NCBI GenBank assembly: GCA_044226015.1
Contig: JBGAHS010000002.1
Location: 723,434 to 787,433, forward strand
DNA from: Candidatus Obscuribacteraceae bacterium
GTDB taxonomy: Bacteria; Cyanobacteriota; Vampirovibrionia; Obscuribacterales; Obscuribacteraceae
Direction: 5' to 3'
DNA length: 64,000 bases
This document shows positions 49,213 through 59,659 of this stretch, piece after piece. The position numbers and the translations under genes were made by a program. Within the stretch, counting starts at the first letter, position 1. Every line of letters starts with the position of its first letter. A model generated the notes under the pieces. It had not been told where the DNA came from. It did not search any database and saw only the letters and a list, made by a program, of their open reading frames with translations.

Positions 49213-49746
49213 TTAAGTGCCGGCTTCGCCGCCCTCTTCATCTTCAGAATTCAAAGACGAGAAATCTGAGGCTTTCAAATTATCAATGAACTTCTTGAAC
49301 TCTTCCGCTTCTTCTTCGTCTTTCTCGTGATCTGCAGCAATGGTGCCTTCGGCTACCACCTGCGGAGCCACCAGAATGGGCGCCTTGGCACGCAATGCAA
49401 GCGCAATTGCGTCTGATGGGCGAGCATCAACAGTCTTAACGGATTCGTCAGCAGCACCACCATTTCCACGAACAAGCACTATGGTGGCAAAGTAAGTATT
49501 TGCTGCGAGCTCATTTATTTCTATATGTTTTACCTTGTATCCGGTTTGCAAAATTGTGCTGAGTAGTAAATCGTGAGTCAGAGGGCGCTCTGGTTTGACA
49601 TTATCGAGAGCTCGAGTGATTGCATTCGCTTCGAACATTCCGATCCAGATAGGGAGGGCGCGACGCTTGAGAGGATCGTTCAAAACAACGATGGGATGCC
49701 CGTTTCGGCCATCCACCGCTATTCCTGCAACCGTCATCTCAATCAT
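49213..49746 (-). CDS. bifunctional nuclease family protein (DUF151)
   Basis: LPIWIG, RPLTHDL and DARPSDAIALA. Confidence 0.93.
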   Translation of the reverse strand: MIEMTVAGIAVDGRNGHPIVVLNDPLKRRALPIWIGMFEANAITRALDNVKPERPLTHDLLLSTILQTGYKVKHIEINELAANTYFATIVLVRGNGGAADESVKTVDARPSDAIALALRAKAPILVAPQVVAEGTIAADHEKDEEEAEEFKKFIDNLKASDFSSLNSEDEEGGEAGT

Positions 49747-50032
49747 GATGCGCTTTCTACGCCTCCTTTATTCGGATTATGCCCAAAATACGGGCTTTTA
49801 GAACTTACATAGTTAAAATTTTGCTGAAATGCGCTCCAGATCGAGGAAAGCAAGAGCAACACCTCAATTATATCCACAGAGGAATTTGTTCGCTCGCAAG
49901 TTCCAAGTTATGCACACAGTGTTACGCATGGCATCAAATTCATAGACCTGAAGAAACCCCTCAGTTCTCTTTTTCAAGCAATAGCATACGTTTGGAGTCC
50001 GCACTTGTGAACGCTCCAAACTTTACTTAGTA

Positions 50033-50061
50033 TTGACAGTGACAGTGGCAAGATATATAAA
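50033..50061 (+). promoter_or_regulatory. sigma70 promoter of tRNA-Leu
   Basis: TTGACA (50033-50038), 17-bp spacer, TATAAC (50056-50061). Confidence 0.75.
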
Positions 50062-50106
50062 CTATCACTCTGCACCTCCCAATTTGGGAAGGCGGCGCAA
50101 AACCTC

Positions 50107-50186
50107 GTCCGGATGGCGGAATTGGTAGACGCGTACGTTTGAGGGGCGTATGGGTAACCGTGAGGGTTCAAGTCCCTCTCCGGACA
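50107..50186 (+). tRNA. tRNA-Leu(GAG)
   Basis: Acceptor GTCCGGA/TCCGGAC, anticodon loop TTGAGGG, variable arm, TTCAAGT T-loop; CCA not encoded. Confidence 0.95.
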
Positions 50187-50211
50187 ATCTTTCCTGAACA
50201 AGAACATCGAA

Positions 50212-50478
50212 ATGACAGCCGTAAGACCTCAATGGCCACATACCGTCGATGATATAGTCAAAGCCCTGGACGGAGTCTGGGGCGTTGTCGGTGCGATTTC
50301 AGTCAAGGGCAATATGATCAGACTGGAACGCAGCATGAAAGCACCACTCAGCTACAAGTTCATCGAGTACGAAGGTCCTGATGACAGCAGCCCGCTGAGA
50401 CAAATCGACTATTCAGCCGAACAGAAAAACGAAGCAGTAGCAGAGTTTGCCAACCTACTTGGCTTCAAAAACGAGTAA
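50212..50478 (+). CDS. small hypothetical protein
   Basis: 88-aa protein-like ORF between the tRNA and the ATPase. Confidence 0.65.
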   Translation: MTAVRPQWPHTVDDIVKALDGVWGVVGAISVKGNMIRLERSMKAPLSYKFIEYEGPDDSSPLRQIDYSAEQKNEAVAEFANLLGFKNE

Positions 50479-50552
50479 TTGAACCAGTTTCAGCTCTGGC
50501 ACAGTTGACCTTATGCCCTTACAATGGATATTGGGGTTGCCTTGAGGCCAAG

Positions 50553-52229
50553 TTGGAAACTAGAAAAGCACATGCTTTAGGCCTGATTACTCAAGGCTCG
50601 TTGTCTGCCGGCCTTGAGATGCGGCTAGACAAAAACTGCTCTGTGGAAGACCTCAGAGTAGGTCGCTTTGTAGTTATCGAAGGAAGGCACAGCAGATTCT
50701 TCAGTATGCTAACCGACGTTAGCCTTGCTACAAACAGCCCTCAAATCCTAAATTTCCCACCCGAGAATGATCCTTTTTTTCTTGATGTGCTCACCGGAGT
50801 CTCAACTTTCGGCTCAGTAAAAGTGCAACCGATGTTGATGCTTGAAAAAAATGGACATTCCCACGAGCTGCGCCCTGTCAAGACAATTCCAAGCCATTTT
50901 TCGCCAGTTTTTGAAGCGAAAGAAGAAGACTTCGCGCTGGTGTTTGGCCGTGAAAATCGCCAGGACAAAAAGGATCCCCATTTTGAAATTGGACAGCCAT
51001 TGAACATGGACATTCCGATTTGCGTAAATCTGAGCCGCTTTATTGAACGATCAAACGGAATCTTCGGGAAATCAGGAACTGGTAAGTCATTTCTGACGAG
51101 AATTTTTCTGTGTGGCACCATCAAGAAAGATCTCGCTTCTTTGATCGTGTTTGACATGCATAACGAATACGGCTGGCAAGCCATGTCTGAGAATAAGGGT
51201 CAATCACGGGTAAAAGGGCTGAAGCAACTCTTTAATGAAGATGTAATCGTCTACAGCCTTGATAGAGAGTCATCAAAAGCCAGAGGCATCTCTGATGTTC
51301 GCGAGCTTTACATCGGACTCGACCAGATCGAAATTGAAGATCTTGATTTGCTGAAAACAGAACTAGCACTCAGCGAAGCGTCACTGGAAAACGCATACAT
51401 AATAAAAGAACGGTTTGGTCAAAATTGGATTTCTTTGCTACTAGAAATGTCGTCGGAGGAAATTGAAGAGTTCGTTGAAACCTTCAAGGGACACGCCGGT
51501 GCAATCAAAGCTTTGCAAAGACGATTAAACACTGTCGTTCAGAAAACCGCCTACCTGAAACCGCGGGTAGACCAAAACTACATCGAAGACATATTGCAAC
51601 AGATACAAGCAGGTAAACACATAGTCCTTGAATTTGGCAGACAGAACAATCTACTCTCATACATGCTGGCGACAAACATAATTACTCGCCGATTGCACCG
51701 ACAGTACGTGCGGCTTTCAGAGACTTTTCTTGCAAACCCAGAGACCAACAAAGCGCCACGCAAGCTGATGATAGTCATCGAAGAGGCACACAAGTTTCTC
51801 TCTCCTCAGCTTGCAAAGCAAACCATATTTGGTGTCATTGCAAGAGAGATGCGCAAGTACTTCGTCACGCTTCTGATAATCGATCAGAGACCCAGTGGCA
51901 TTGACCCGGAAATTATGAGCCAACTGGGTACTCGGGTAACGGCACTTCTGAATGATGACAAAGATATAGATGCTGTATTTACTGGAGTGAGCGGAAGCCA
52001 CACACTACGAACTGTGCTCGCTCAGCTCGACCCGAAACAGCAAGCTCTCTTGCTCGGATACGCGGTTCCAATGCCTGTTGTTATAAGAGCGAGAAACTTC
52101 GACTCATCCTTTTATATGGATTTGATGGACAAATTCAACGAAGACGACAATACTGGACTAGACAGCGAAATTAAGCAAAGAAGGGCGAAGCAAGCAAAAC
52201 TGGAATTATTTGGACCAGGCAAGCAGTAA
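50553..52229 (+). CDS. HerA/FtsK-superfamily ATPase (DUF87, HAS barrel)
   Basis: N-terminal barrel, Walker A GKSGTGKS, FDMHNEYG, Walker B IVIEEAH, AREMRKY and DQRPS; start approximate. Confidence 0.88.
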   Translation: METRKAHALGLITQGSLSAGLEMRLDKNCSVEDLRVGRFVVIEGRHSRFFSMLTDVSLATNSPQILNFPPENDPFFLDVLTGVSTFGSVKVQPMLMLEKNGHSHELRPVKTIPSHFSPVFEAKEEDFALVFGRENRQDKKDPHFEIGQPLNMDIPICVNLSRFIERSNGIFGKSGTGKSFLTRIFLCGTIKKDLASLIVFDMHNEYGWQAMSENKGQSRVKGLKQLFNEDVIVYSLDRESSKARGISDVRELYIGLDQIEIEDLDLLKTELALSEASLENAYIIKERFGQNWISLLLEMSSEEIEEFVETFKGHAGAIKALQRRLNTVVQKTAYLKPRVDQNYIEDILQQIQAGKHIVLEFGRQNNLLSYMLATNIITRRLHRQYVRLSETFLANPETNKAPRKLMIVIEEAHKFLSPQLAKQTIFGVIAREMRKYFVTLLIIDQRPSGIDPEIMSQLGTRVTALLNDDKDIDAVFTGVSGSHTLRTVLAQLDPKQQALLLGYAVPMPVVIRARNFDSSFYMDLMDKFNEDDNTGLDSEIKQRRAKQAKLELFGPGKQ

Positions 52230-52238
52230 AGCGGAGAA

Positions 52239-52961
52239 TTGATGGCGAAAGATCCGGAGGAATTGGAGAAAGCAAAGGATGTTGCAGATAACGTCCAACT
52301 TTCTGCGCCCAATTCCAATCCCAAATCGCCAAGCTATCTCGATGATTACGACGGCGATGATCCTTACGCTGACATTCCAGCTGCCAGCTCTAAGCCAAAA
52401 TTTGAAGTTGAAAATCTCGACCTACAAGATAATTTTGTCGAAAATAAAGAGCCTGCAGAGCTAATGTTCTGCATTATTCTGGCATCAATCTACGCAGGGC
52501 TGGCCAGATTTTGCTGGACTCCGCTTGAACAATCGCGCTACTGGTATTACTTCATAAATATCGAAGGCTTTTTCATAACCATCGCACTCTTATCACTCTT
52601 GTTGGGCATGCGACCATACCTCAGTCCTTCCAGCTTGCAAATGAGTAAGCACGGAATCAAATATAGAGGACCATATTGGCCACAACGCAAAACTGTGAAT
52701 TGGAGCCAGGTAGTCCAAATGTACGTGAGCCCTGAGCTGATCTTGATTCTCTACAAACTTCCAAACAAACCCAAAAGCATCAGACCACTCTTGATACATT
52801 CTGTATATCTTGCAGATCGCGACAAGATACCTGACAGTATTGGAAAATACTGTCCAATCGAAGCGACCTATGTTGGCAATCCTGGCATACTCACGAGAAT
52901 GGCTCAAATACTGCTTTTCGCTGCAACAGTCTTATGGATAACAATGATGCTAAAAGGTTAG
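52239..52961 (+). CDS. membrane protein with PH-like domain
   Basis: Acidic N-terminus, two TMs, a beta-rich segment (LQMSKHGIKY...VNWSQV) and a C-terminal TM. Confidence 0.6.
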   Translation: MMAKDPEELEKAKDVADNVQLSAPNSNPKSPSYLDDYDGDDPYADIPAASSKPKFEVENLDLQDNFVENKEPAELMFCIILASIYAGLARFCWTPLEQSRYWYYFINIEGFFITIALLSLLLGMRPYLSPSSLQMSKHGIKYRGPYWPQRKTVNWSQVVQMYVSPELILILYKLPNKPKSIRPLLIHSVYLADRDKIPDSIGKYCPIEATYVGNPGILTRMAQILLFAATVLWITMMLKG

Positions 52962-53053
52962 CATCAAAACAAGCTAACTATGTGCTCGAACATTATCTGC
53001 GCTTTGATACCATTAGCAGTGTCACAGTTTTCCTAAAACCGCTGCAGCAAAAT

Positions 53054-53467
53054 CTACTTTTTACTTGCTGCATCTTCTTTCAAATTGGTGTTCAGGTTCC
53101 GCAAATAAGCTACGAGATTACCCATTTCGATATCATTGATTGACGTAATCGGTTGGGAGGGCATCATCCCCTTGCCCTTGCGCAAGTATTTGATGAGCGC
53201 GTCGTCGGAGGGAAAGTCTTTGTCCATGTTTATGAGAGTCGGCCCCATGCCTTCTTTGCCGCGTGGGTGACAGGTGTTGCAACTGCGAACAAAAAGTTGC
53301 TCTCCATTCAAATTTGTAGTTCTTTCGGCAACCTTCAGTTCGTTGGCGTGTTTGGACTCTTCGATGCGTCGCATTTCCTCACCCATCGAACAACCCGAAA
53401 GAAAAAAACAAATGAGAAAACCGGGAACCAGGGTCAGGTTAAGTAGTCGTATATGGGGCGTATACAT
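53054..53467 (-). CDS. lipoprotein class I c-type cytochrome
   Basis: Lipobox LSGC; GEQLFVRSCNTCH; GPTL; distal GKGMMP. Confidence 0.88.
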   Translation of the reverse strand: MYTPHIRLLNLTLVPGFLICFFLSGCSMGEEMRRIEESKHANELKVAERTTNLNGEQLFVRSCNTCHPRGKEGMGPTLINMDKDFPSDDALIKYLRKGKGMMPSQPITSINDIEMGNLVAYLRNLNTNLKEDAASKK

Positions 53468-53783
53468 TTGAGCAATTTCACAAGAGGAGCAGAGCTTGAC
53501 AATTCACACTGTGATTCAGTTTAGCACTGTATTTCTCATATAAACTCATTTTGAGATCTGAGCTTAGAACAAGTGCAAATTGTGGAAGATTATCAGCTTC
53601 TCCGCTTTCCCAGCTGTTTTTGGGGATTATAAATTAGCTCACGCTTAACACAGGGTTTACGTTGCCAGTGTACACTTATCCATGAAAGGTTGAGATAGAG
53701 CAGCATTCTCGGCAGATTTCCAAAAGATATAAAAAACGCAGCCCTTCAGTTCGCCCTTACTAAACAACGCTCCGGAGACAAAT

Positions 53784-55097
53784 ATGACAACCCAGATTAC
53801 AAGACTAGATCCTCCAAAGCGTCCGGGTGACGGCGAGCCAGAACAAAAGATCATCGTTCAAGGTGGTCGTGAAATTAGCGGTGTAGTTCATGTGGGCGGC
53901 GCTAAGAATGCAGTTTTGAAGATTATGGCAGCAGCGATATTGACGAAAGATACCTGCGTCATTCGCAATGTGCCGAACCTAACCGACGTAAGCATGATGG
54001 CTGCAGTATTACGTCATCTCGGAGCAAAAGTTACGGTTGGTAATGGCGAAGTTATCATCGACGGTCGTGACATCAACGATGTTGAAGCACCTTACGAGTT
54101 GGTCAGTCAGCTCAGAGCATCCTTCGTTGTCCTCGGACCATTGGTCTCGCGTTTCCGTTCTGCCAAAGTTTCACTTCCAGGCGGCTGCGCAATCGGAGAA
54201 AGAAGAATTGACCTGCACGAGCGTGGTCTCAAGCTGCTCGGCTGCGATGTAAAAATCGAACACGGCTATGTATACGCGCAAGCAGACAAGCTGGTCGGAC
54301 AGAGAATATATCTCGACAGACCATCAAACGGTGCAACTGAAAATATCATGATGGCGGCTGTCCTTGCTGAAGGACAGACAATCATTGAAAACGCTGCTCA
54401 AGATCCAGAAATTGTTAACCTCGCTGATTTCATCAACTCCATTGGTGGAAAAATTCAGGGAGCCGGCACCTATCAAATCACCATTGACGGTGTCAACATC
54501 GACGAACTCCATGGCACCACATTCGACACCATCCCAGACAGACTTGAAGCAGGCACATTTATGATGGCACCTGTATGCACTGGCGGCGAAGTGGTCATCG
54601 AGAAGGTCAACCCGCACCACATCTACTCAGTCATCAGCAAGATGCAAGAGATGGGCGCCGAAATTTCTATCTACGCACCTGACACAATCAAGGTGAAGAT
54701 GGTTGGTCGTCCGAAGCCAGTAGAAATCACTACGCTTCCATACCCAGCCTTCCCAACAGACATGCAGTCACTGATTATGGCTGGCTTGGTGACGGCTGAT
54801 GGTACTTCGATCATCACCGAAACTATTTACGAAAATCGCTTCATGCAAGTTGGCGAACTTCGCCGCATGGGTGGAGACATAACTGTTAAAGGCAACAGTG
54901 CTGTCATCAAGGGCGTTCCAAAACTTACCGGTGCCGAAGTGAAGTCACCTGACCTTCGCGCCTCAGCTGCACTGATTCTCAGCGGACTGGCAGCAGAAGG
55001 TGTAACGGAAGTTAGCGGATTACACCATCTTGACAGAGGTTATGAGAACTTCGAAGAAAAACTTCGCAGTCTAGGTGCTAATATCTACCGTCGTTAG
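53784..55097 (+). CDS. murA: UDP-N-acetylglucosamine 1-carboxyvinyltransferase
   Basis: GAKNA, LRAS, LPGGCAIG, FPTDMQ and HLDRGYE. Confidence 0.97.
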   Translation: MTTQITRLDPPKRPGDGEPEQKIIVQGGREISGVVHVGGAKNAVLKIMAAAILTKDTCVIRNVPNLTDVSMMAAVLRHLGAKVTVGNGEVIIDGRDINDVEAPYELVSQLRASFVVLGPLVSRFRSAKVSLPGGCAIGERRIDLHERGLKLLGCDVKIEHGYVYAQADKLVGQRIYLDRPSNGATENIMMAAVLAEGQTIIENAAQDPEIVNLADFINSIGGKIQGAGTYQITIDGVNIDELHGTTFDTIPDRLEAGTFMMAPVCTGGEVVIEKVNPHHIYSVISKMQEMGAEISIYAPDTIKVKMVGRPKPVEITTLPYPAFPTDMQSLIMAGLVTADGTSIITETIYENRFMQVGELRRMGGDITVKGNSAVIKGVPKLTGAEVKSPDLRASAALILSGLAAEGVTEVSGLHHLDRGYENFEEKLRSLGANIYRR

Positions 55098-55174
55098 TAC
55101 GGACACCTTGCTGGTTCAGACAAGACTTTCTCTTCGAGGAAGCTGAATCGCTATTTGGACAAAGAAATAAGAAT

Positions 55175-56548
55175 ATGAGTCAGTCAGCTCCCTCAATCGT
55201 CATGAAATTTGGCGGGACTTCTGTAGGTTCTGCCTCGCGCATGGAACAGGTCATTGACCTGGTCGAGACCGCCAAGAAGGGCGGAAAGATGCCGGTAGTA
55301 GTGCTCTCTGCTATGTCTGGCGTCACCAACTTGTTAATCGAAGGCGCAGAGAAAGCGTTAGCCCAGGAACTCAGTACAGCAATTGCTGTCGTTGACAAAA
55401 TCCGGCTGAAACACGAGGAAGTGATCAACGTTCTCTTCAAAGAGAGCGCCGCGAAACAGCGATTGCAAGAAGAACTCGCACAGAAACTGGACGAGCTGCT
55501 CATACTTTATAAAGGCGTGGCTTATCTGGGGGAACTATCAAAACGTTCACTCGATGCCATTTCAGGTTTTGGAGAATTACTTTCCTCGAAGCTTGTTGCA
55601 CAGCTAGCAAATGAGCGAGGGCTAGCAGCACGGTGGCTCGACGCACGCAAAATGGTAGTCACTGATGAGACCTTCGGAAAGGCAATTCCGCTATGGGAAA
55701 AACTAACGCCTCTCTGTAAACAATACGTTTCCGAAGCGCACAATAATAATGAAGTGGTAATTACTCAGGGCTTTATTGGCAGCACCACCAGCGGTATCAA
55801 TACAACTCTGGGGCGCGGCGGTTCAGATTACAGTGCTTCGATCATCGGTGTAGCTATAGACACAGAGGAAATTCAAATCTGGACCGACGTCGATGGCATG
55901 ATGTCTGCCGACCCACGTGTCGTCAAAAATGCGAAGGTCCTTCCCGAGGTTTCTTTCCAGGAAGCATCAGAACTCGCCTACTTCGGCGCGAAAGTGCTTC
56001 ATCCTATGACTATTCACCCGGCAGTAGAAAAAGACATTCCGGTGCGCATTTTAAACACACTAAATCCGACTGCAGTCGGCACATCAATTAAAGCTTCAGT
56101 TTCAAGCGGCGATTTGATTCGTGCAGTTGCAGCGAAGAAAAGTATTTCGGCAATTTATCTGAGTTCGCCGAACATGTTAATGAGCCACGGATATCTCGCC
56201 AAGGTATTTGAAATCTTTGATCGCCATGGTGTCCCCGTGGATTTGATTTCAACCTCGGAAGTCTCAATAGCGCTCACTATAGACAGCACTGACAGACTGG
56301 AAGATCTTACTCGCGATTTGAAGAAGTACGCAGATGTTCAAGTTCTGTCCGACGCTGCAATCATTAGCATAGTCGGAAGGCAGTTCAGAGAACAGAGCGG
56401 CATAGCCGGCCGTGTCTTCAAAGCCCTCGACGACATAACGGTATTAATGATTTCTGGCGGAGCGTCAGATATCAATTTGAGTTTTGTTGTGTCCGCAAAC
56501 GAGGCAGACAAGGCGGTTCAGCAATTGCATGCTGAGTTTTTCCATTAA
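55175..56548 (+). CDS. lysC: aspartate kinase
   Basis: KFGGTS, LGRGGSDYSA, WTDVDG and FGAKVLHP motifs, plus ACT domains. Confidence 0.95.
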   Translation: MSQSAPSIVMKFGGTSVGSASRMEQVIDLVETAKKGGKMPVVVLSAMSGVTNLLIEGAEKALAQELSTAIAVVDKIRLKHEEVINVLFKESAAKQRLQEELAQKLDELLILYKGVAYLGELSKRSLDAISGFGELLSSKLVAQLANERGLAARWLDARKMVVTDETFGKAIPLWEKLTPLCKQYVSEAHNNNEVVITQGFIGSTTSGINTTLGRGGSDYSASIIGVAIDTEEIQIWTDVDGMMSADPRVVKNAKVLPEVSFQEASELAYFGAKVLHPMTIHPAVEKDIPVRILNTLNPTAVGTSIKASVSSGDLIRAVAAKKSISAIYLSSPNMLMSHGYLAKVFEIFDRHGVPVDLISTSEVSIALTIDSTDRLEDLTRDLKKYADVQVLSDAAIISIVGRQFREQSGIAGRVFKALDDITVLMISGGASDINLSFVVSANEADKAVQQLHAEFFH

Positions 56549-56610
56549 ATCAAGGAATCTTGACTGAAAACAGGGAAAAATGAATGTGCACCCAATTTGC
56601 TGGGCTTTAG

Positions 56611-57972
56611 ATGGCGGAAAGCAAAACTGACACACTTATCGGACAGACACTCATCGAGCACTACGAAGTGCTCGCGGTTCTCGATGAGCTCGGCGACTCT
56701 CGGATCTTGAAAGTCAAAGACAAACGCGACGGTACTGATAAGGTTCTGAAGCTCATCCGAAACTACAGGGAAGAAGAGCTCAAGAATTTCTACAAAGATG
56801 CTGAGCGAGCAAGAAATAGCATCAAGCATCCATCATTAGCGCAGCTAGGTGACTTTGGCATTTTGAATGACGATGCGACCCTAGGAAGCTGCGCCTATCT
56901 GGTTTTTGAATATCTTGAGGGCAGAAGCCTCTACAACGTTTTGAACAAACAAGGCAGAATCGAGCTGGCCGAAGCACTTCCCATCTTCATACAGATAGCT
57001 GAGCTCTCAAAACACCTGCACGCCGCCGGAGTGGCTAATATTCAGCTGACTCCGCGCAAAGTAATACTTTCATCAATCACTAAGCAAGCCAGATTAAGTG
57101 ACCCTGGTCTGAGTTCGAGCATAACCAAAATTTGCCTGGAACCAGGTGACACAAACACCTCGTTTCCCGAGGCTGTCTTATATTTAAGTCCCGAGCAGTG
57201 TGCAAATCAGCAAGTAGACCACCGAAGCGATGTCTACTCACTCGGCTGCATCATGTACGAATGCCTCGTGGGGCTTCCTCCGTTTTTGAGCAAGAGTGCT
57301 TATGAAGTTAGCCGTATGCACATCAACGAAGAAGCAAAACCATTAAGGATGAGCAGAGATGATTTGAACTTTCCACTCGAGCTTGATTTGCTGGTTCTGA
57401 AATCTCTTCGGAAAAATCCCGGACAAAGACAGCAAAACATGAATGAGCTGATGGAGGATTTGCAACACGTCCGCTCGGAACTGGCTAAAGTTCCAGAATT
57501 ATCGAAAGATGCTGGTGCCAAACAAAACTCAGTTCTCTCCGATGTTTTCGAAGACCTCTCTGATCTTTTTGGAAGCAACAACACACTAAAAGTTAAAAGT
57601 GCAGTGCTTGTGATTTTAGGTGTCATTGTGATTTTTGGCTCGGTCACTGTAGGCTCGATGTTGAACATGCAGAATTTGAAAACGCAATATGCCGGCACGG
57701 CAATGGAGCGCGAATGGCAAATGCTGGATGCCCAGGCTCAGAAAGACTTTGAACATGGCAAAACCGAAGCTGCTGAGGGCAGATATTTGAAGGCGCTTGA
57801 AATTGCCGAGAAGTTCGGTTCCAACGATAATAGACGCTTGCTGACGACACTCACAAAACTGCAAGATGTCTATTACAGCCAAAAGAAATTCGACAAAGCC
57901 GACGAAATCGAAACACGCATCAAAGAACTAATGGCAGCGAATGACAGCAAGCCAGCGGAGACCGCAAACTAA
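56611..57972 (+). CDS. Ser/Thr pseudokinase with TM and TPR
   Basis: Kinase fold retained (VLK, FEYLEG, YLSPEQ, SDVYSLG), but the Gly loop, HRD and DFG are replaced. Confidence 0.8.
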   Translation: MAESKTDTLIGQTLIEHYEVLAVLDELGDSRILKVKDKRDGTDKVLKLIRNYREEELKNFYKDAERARNSIKHPSLAQLGDFGILNDDATLGSCAYLVFEYLEGRSLYNVLNKQGRIELAEALPIFIQIAELSKHLHAAGVANIQLTPRKVILSSITKQARLSDPGLSSSITKICLEPGDTNTSFPEAVLYLSPEQCANQQVDHRSDVYSLGCIMYECLVGLPPFLSKSAYEVSRMHINEEAKPLRMSRDDLNFPLELDLLVLKSLRKNPGQRQQNMNELMEDLQHVRSELAKVPELSKDAGAKQNSVLSDVFEDLSDLFGSNNTLKVKSAVLVILGVIVIFGSVTVGSMLNMQNLKTQYAGTAMEREWQMLDAQAQKDFEHGKTEAAEGRYLKALEIAEKFGSNDNRRLLTTLTKLQDVYYSQKKFDKADEIETRIKELMAANDSKPAETAN

Positions 57973-57982
57973 GATTTAGAAA

Positions 57983-59527
57983 TCATGCCGAGTACATCAT
58001 TCTAAATTGCACGGCATTGAAGATGTGCTTATCATCGATTTTTTCTGAATTATCCAAATCAGCGATGGTTCGCGAAATTCTCAATACGCGATCATATGCT
58101 CGCGCTGACAATCCCAGGGAATTCACTGCAGTAGCGATAATTTTCTTAGCGGATGTTGATAGCTCGCAATACTTGTGGAATTCTCTTTGACCATACTCGC
58201 TATTGAACATGATTCGATCTACACGTCCCGTCCTCTCTTGCTGACGAATAACCGCGCGAGTTACCCTCTCTTTCAGGCTAGCAGTAGTGACATTAGACGG
58301 ACTATCAGAGGTAAGTTCATCACTCGTAAGCCGGTTCACTGCAACGTGTAGGTCAATGCGATCAAGAATGGGACCCGACAATCGAGACCAATACCTTGCT
58401 GATTGCCCCGAACTGCAAGTGCAGGGGCGCACCCGATCTCCTCTGTAGCCGCATGGACATGGATTGCATGCACCTACCAGCAAGAATTTTGCTGGATAAG
58501 TAAAGGTCTGCTGAGCACGACTGATAGTCACATTTCCGGTCTCTAAAGGCTGTCGCAATGATTCCAGGTGAGAGCGAGGAAATTCTATAAATTCATCGAG
58601 AAAAAGTATTCCCAGGTGCCCCAGTGAAATCTCGCCAGGCTTTGGATAAGATCCGCCTCCAACCAATCCGTAAAGTGAAGCCGAATGATGGGGAGAACGG
58701 AAAGGTCGTTGCGCAATAATTCCACCTTTCTCCTTTAGCTGTCCAGCCACACTATAAAGCTTGGTCAGCTCAAGTGCTTCGTCAAATTCAAGTGCCGGCA
58801 TAATGCCTGGTAGTCTCCTGGCGAGCATTGACTTGCCCGAGCCGGGCGGTCCGACAAGCATGATATTGTGCCGCCCCGCTGCCGCTATTACGAGAGCCTC
58901 CTTAGCTGCGCGTTGTCCTTTCACGTCTCCGAAATCAGGATATGTTTCGATAGGGCAAGAAAGACTTCTCTGAAAATTATCCTTAGCATTTGAAAATAGG
59001 GGCTCTTCTAAACGGTCGCGAGTCAACACATTGAACACTTGCTTCAAATGCCCGACAGGATATACGCAAAGACCATCAACAAGACTAGCCTCCTGCGCGT
59101 TACTCTCAGGAACTATCATCATATCTGCACCAGATTGTTTGCATGCAATTGCAGCAGCCAGTACGCCACTGACGGCGCGTACAGACCCATCTAACCCAAG
59201 TTCTCCAACAATCCAGAAATCCTTCAAGCGCTCAGAGGAAATATGGCCCGTTGATGCGAGAATCCCCACCGCAATTGGCAAATCAAGAAATGGTCCCTCC
59301 TTGCGAGTATCAGCGGGAGCAAGATTCACAGTCCATTTTTTCGCCACAGGCATCAGGAAATCACAGGCACGAATAGCAGAGCGCACCCGTTCTTGAGATT
59401 CCTTCACGGCAGCATCAGGAAGCCCCACAATGCTGATCTGACCCATCCCGCCACTGCAGTCTACCTCTACCTCAATTCGGTAAGCATCCACTCCACTAAT
59501 AGCGCCGGAGTACACACGACTAAACAT
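57983..59527 (-). CDS. comM: YifB/ComM Mg-chelatase-like AAA+ ATPase
   Basis: VGLPDAAVKES, NLAPA, GPPGSGKS, RSPHHSAS, NPCPCG and LSARAYDR; GGAG RBS before the Met at 59527. Confidence 0.93.
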   Translation of the reverse strand: MFSRVYSGAISGVDAYRIEVEVDCSGGMGQISIVGLPDAAVKESQERVRSAIRACDFLMPVAKKWTVNLAPADTRKEGPFLDLPIAVGILASTGHISSERLKDFWIVGELGLDGSVRAVSGVLAAAIACKQSGADMMIVPESNAQEASLVDGLCVYPVGHLKQVFNVLTRDRLEEPLFSNAKDNFQRSLSCPIETYPDFGDVKGQRAAKEALVIAAAGRHNIMLVGPPGSGKSMLARRLPGIMPALEFDEALELTKLYSVAGQLKEKGGIIAQRPFRSPHHSASLYGLVGGGSYPKPGEISLGHLGILFLDEFIEFPRSHLESLRQPLETGNVTISRAQQTFTYPAKFLLVGACNPCPCGYRGDRVRPCTCSSGQSARYWSRLSGPILDRIDLHVAVNRLTSDELTSDSPSNVTTASLKERVTRAVIRQQERTGRVDRIMFNSEYGQREFHKYCELSTSAKKIIATAVNSLGLSARAYDRVLRISRTIADLDNSEKIDDKHIFNAVQFRMMYSA

Positions 59528-59659
59528 AGAAAATCTCCATAGAAATCTTGCAAGAACCTCTGAGGGATTCCAGCAGACAAAACTAAAAACAGGCATTACA
59601 ATTCCTAAAACGTAAAAATCATGCCAAGAGTTCAATTTTTCTAGCAGAATTTAGAAAAG

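Noticed and set aside
50107..50500. Prophage or island integrated at tRNA-Leu
   Set aside because: No integrase, no duplicated tRNA 3' end noticed, and the downstream genes look chromosomal.
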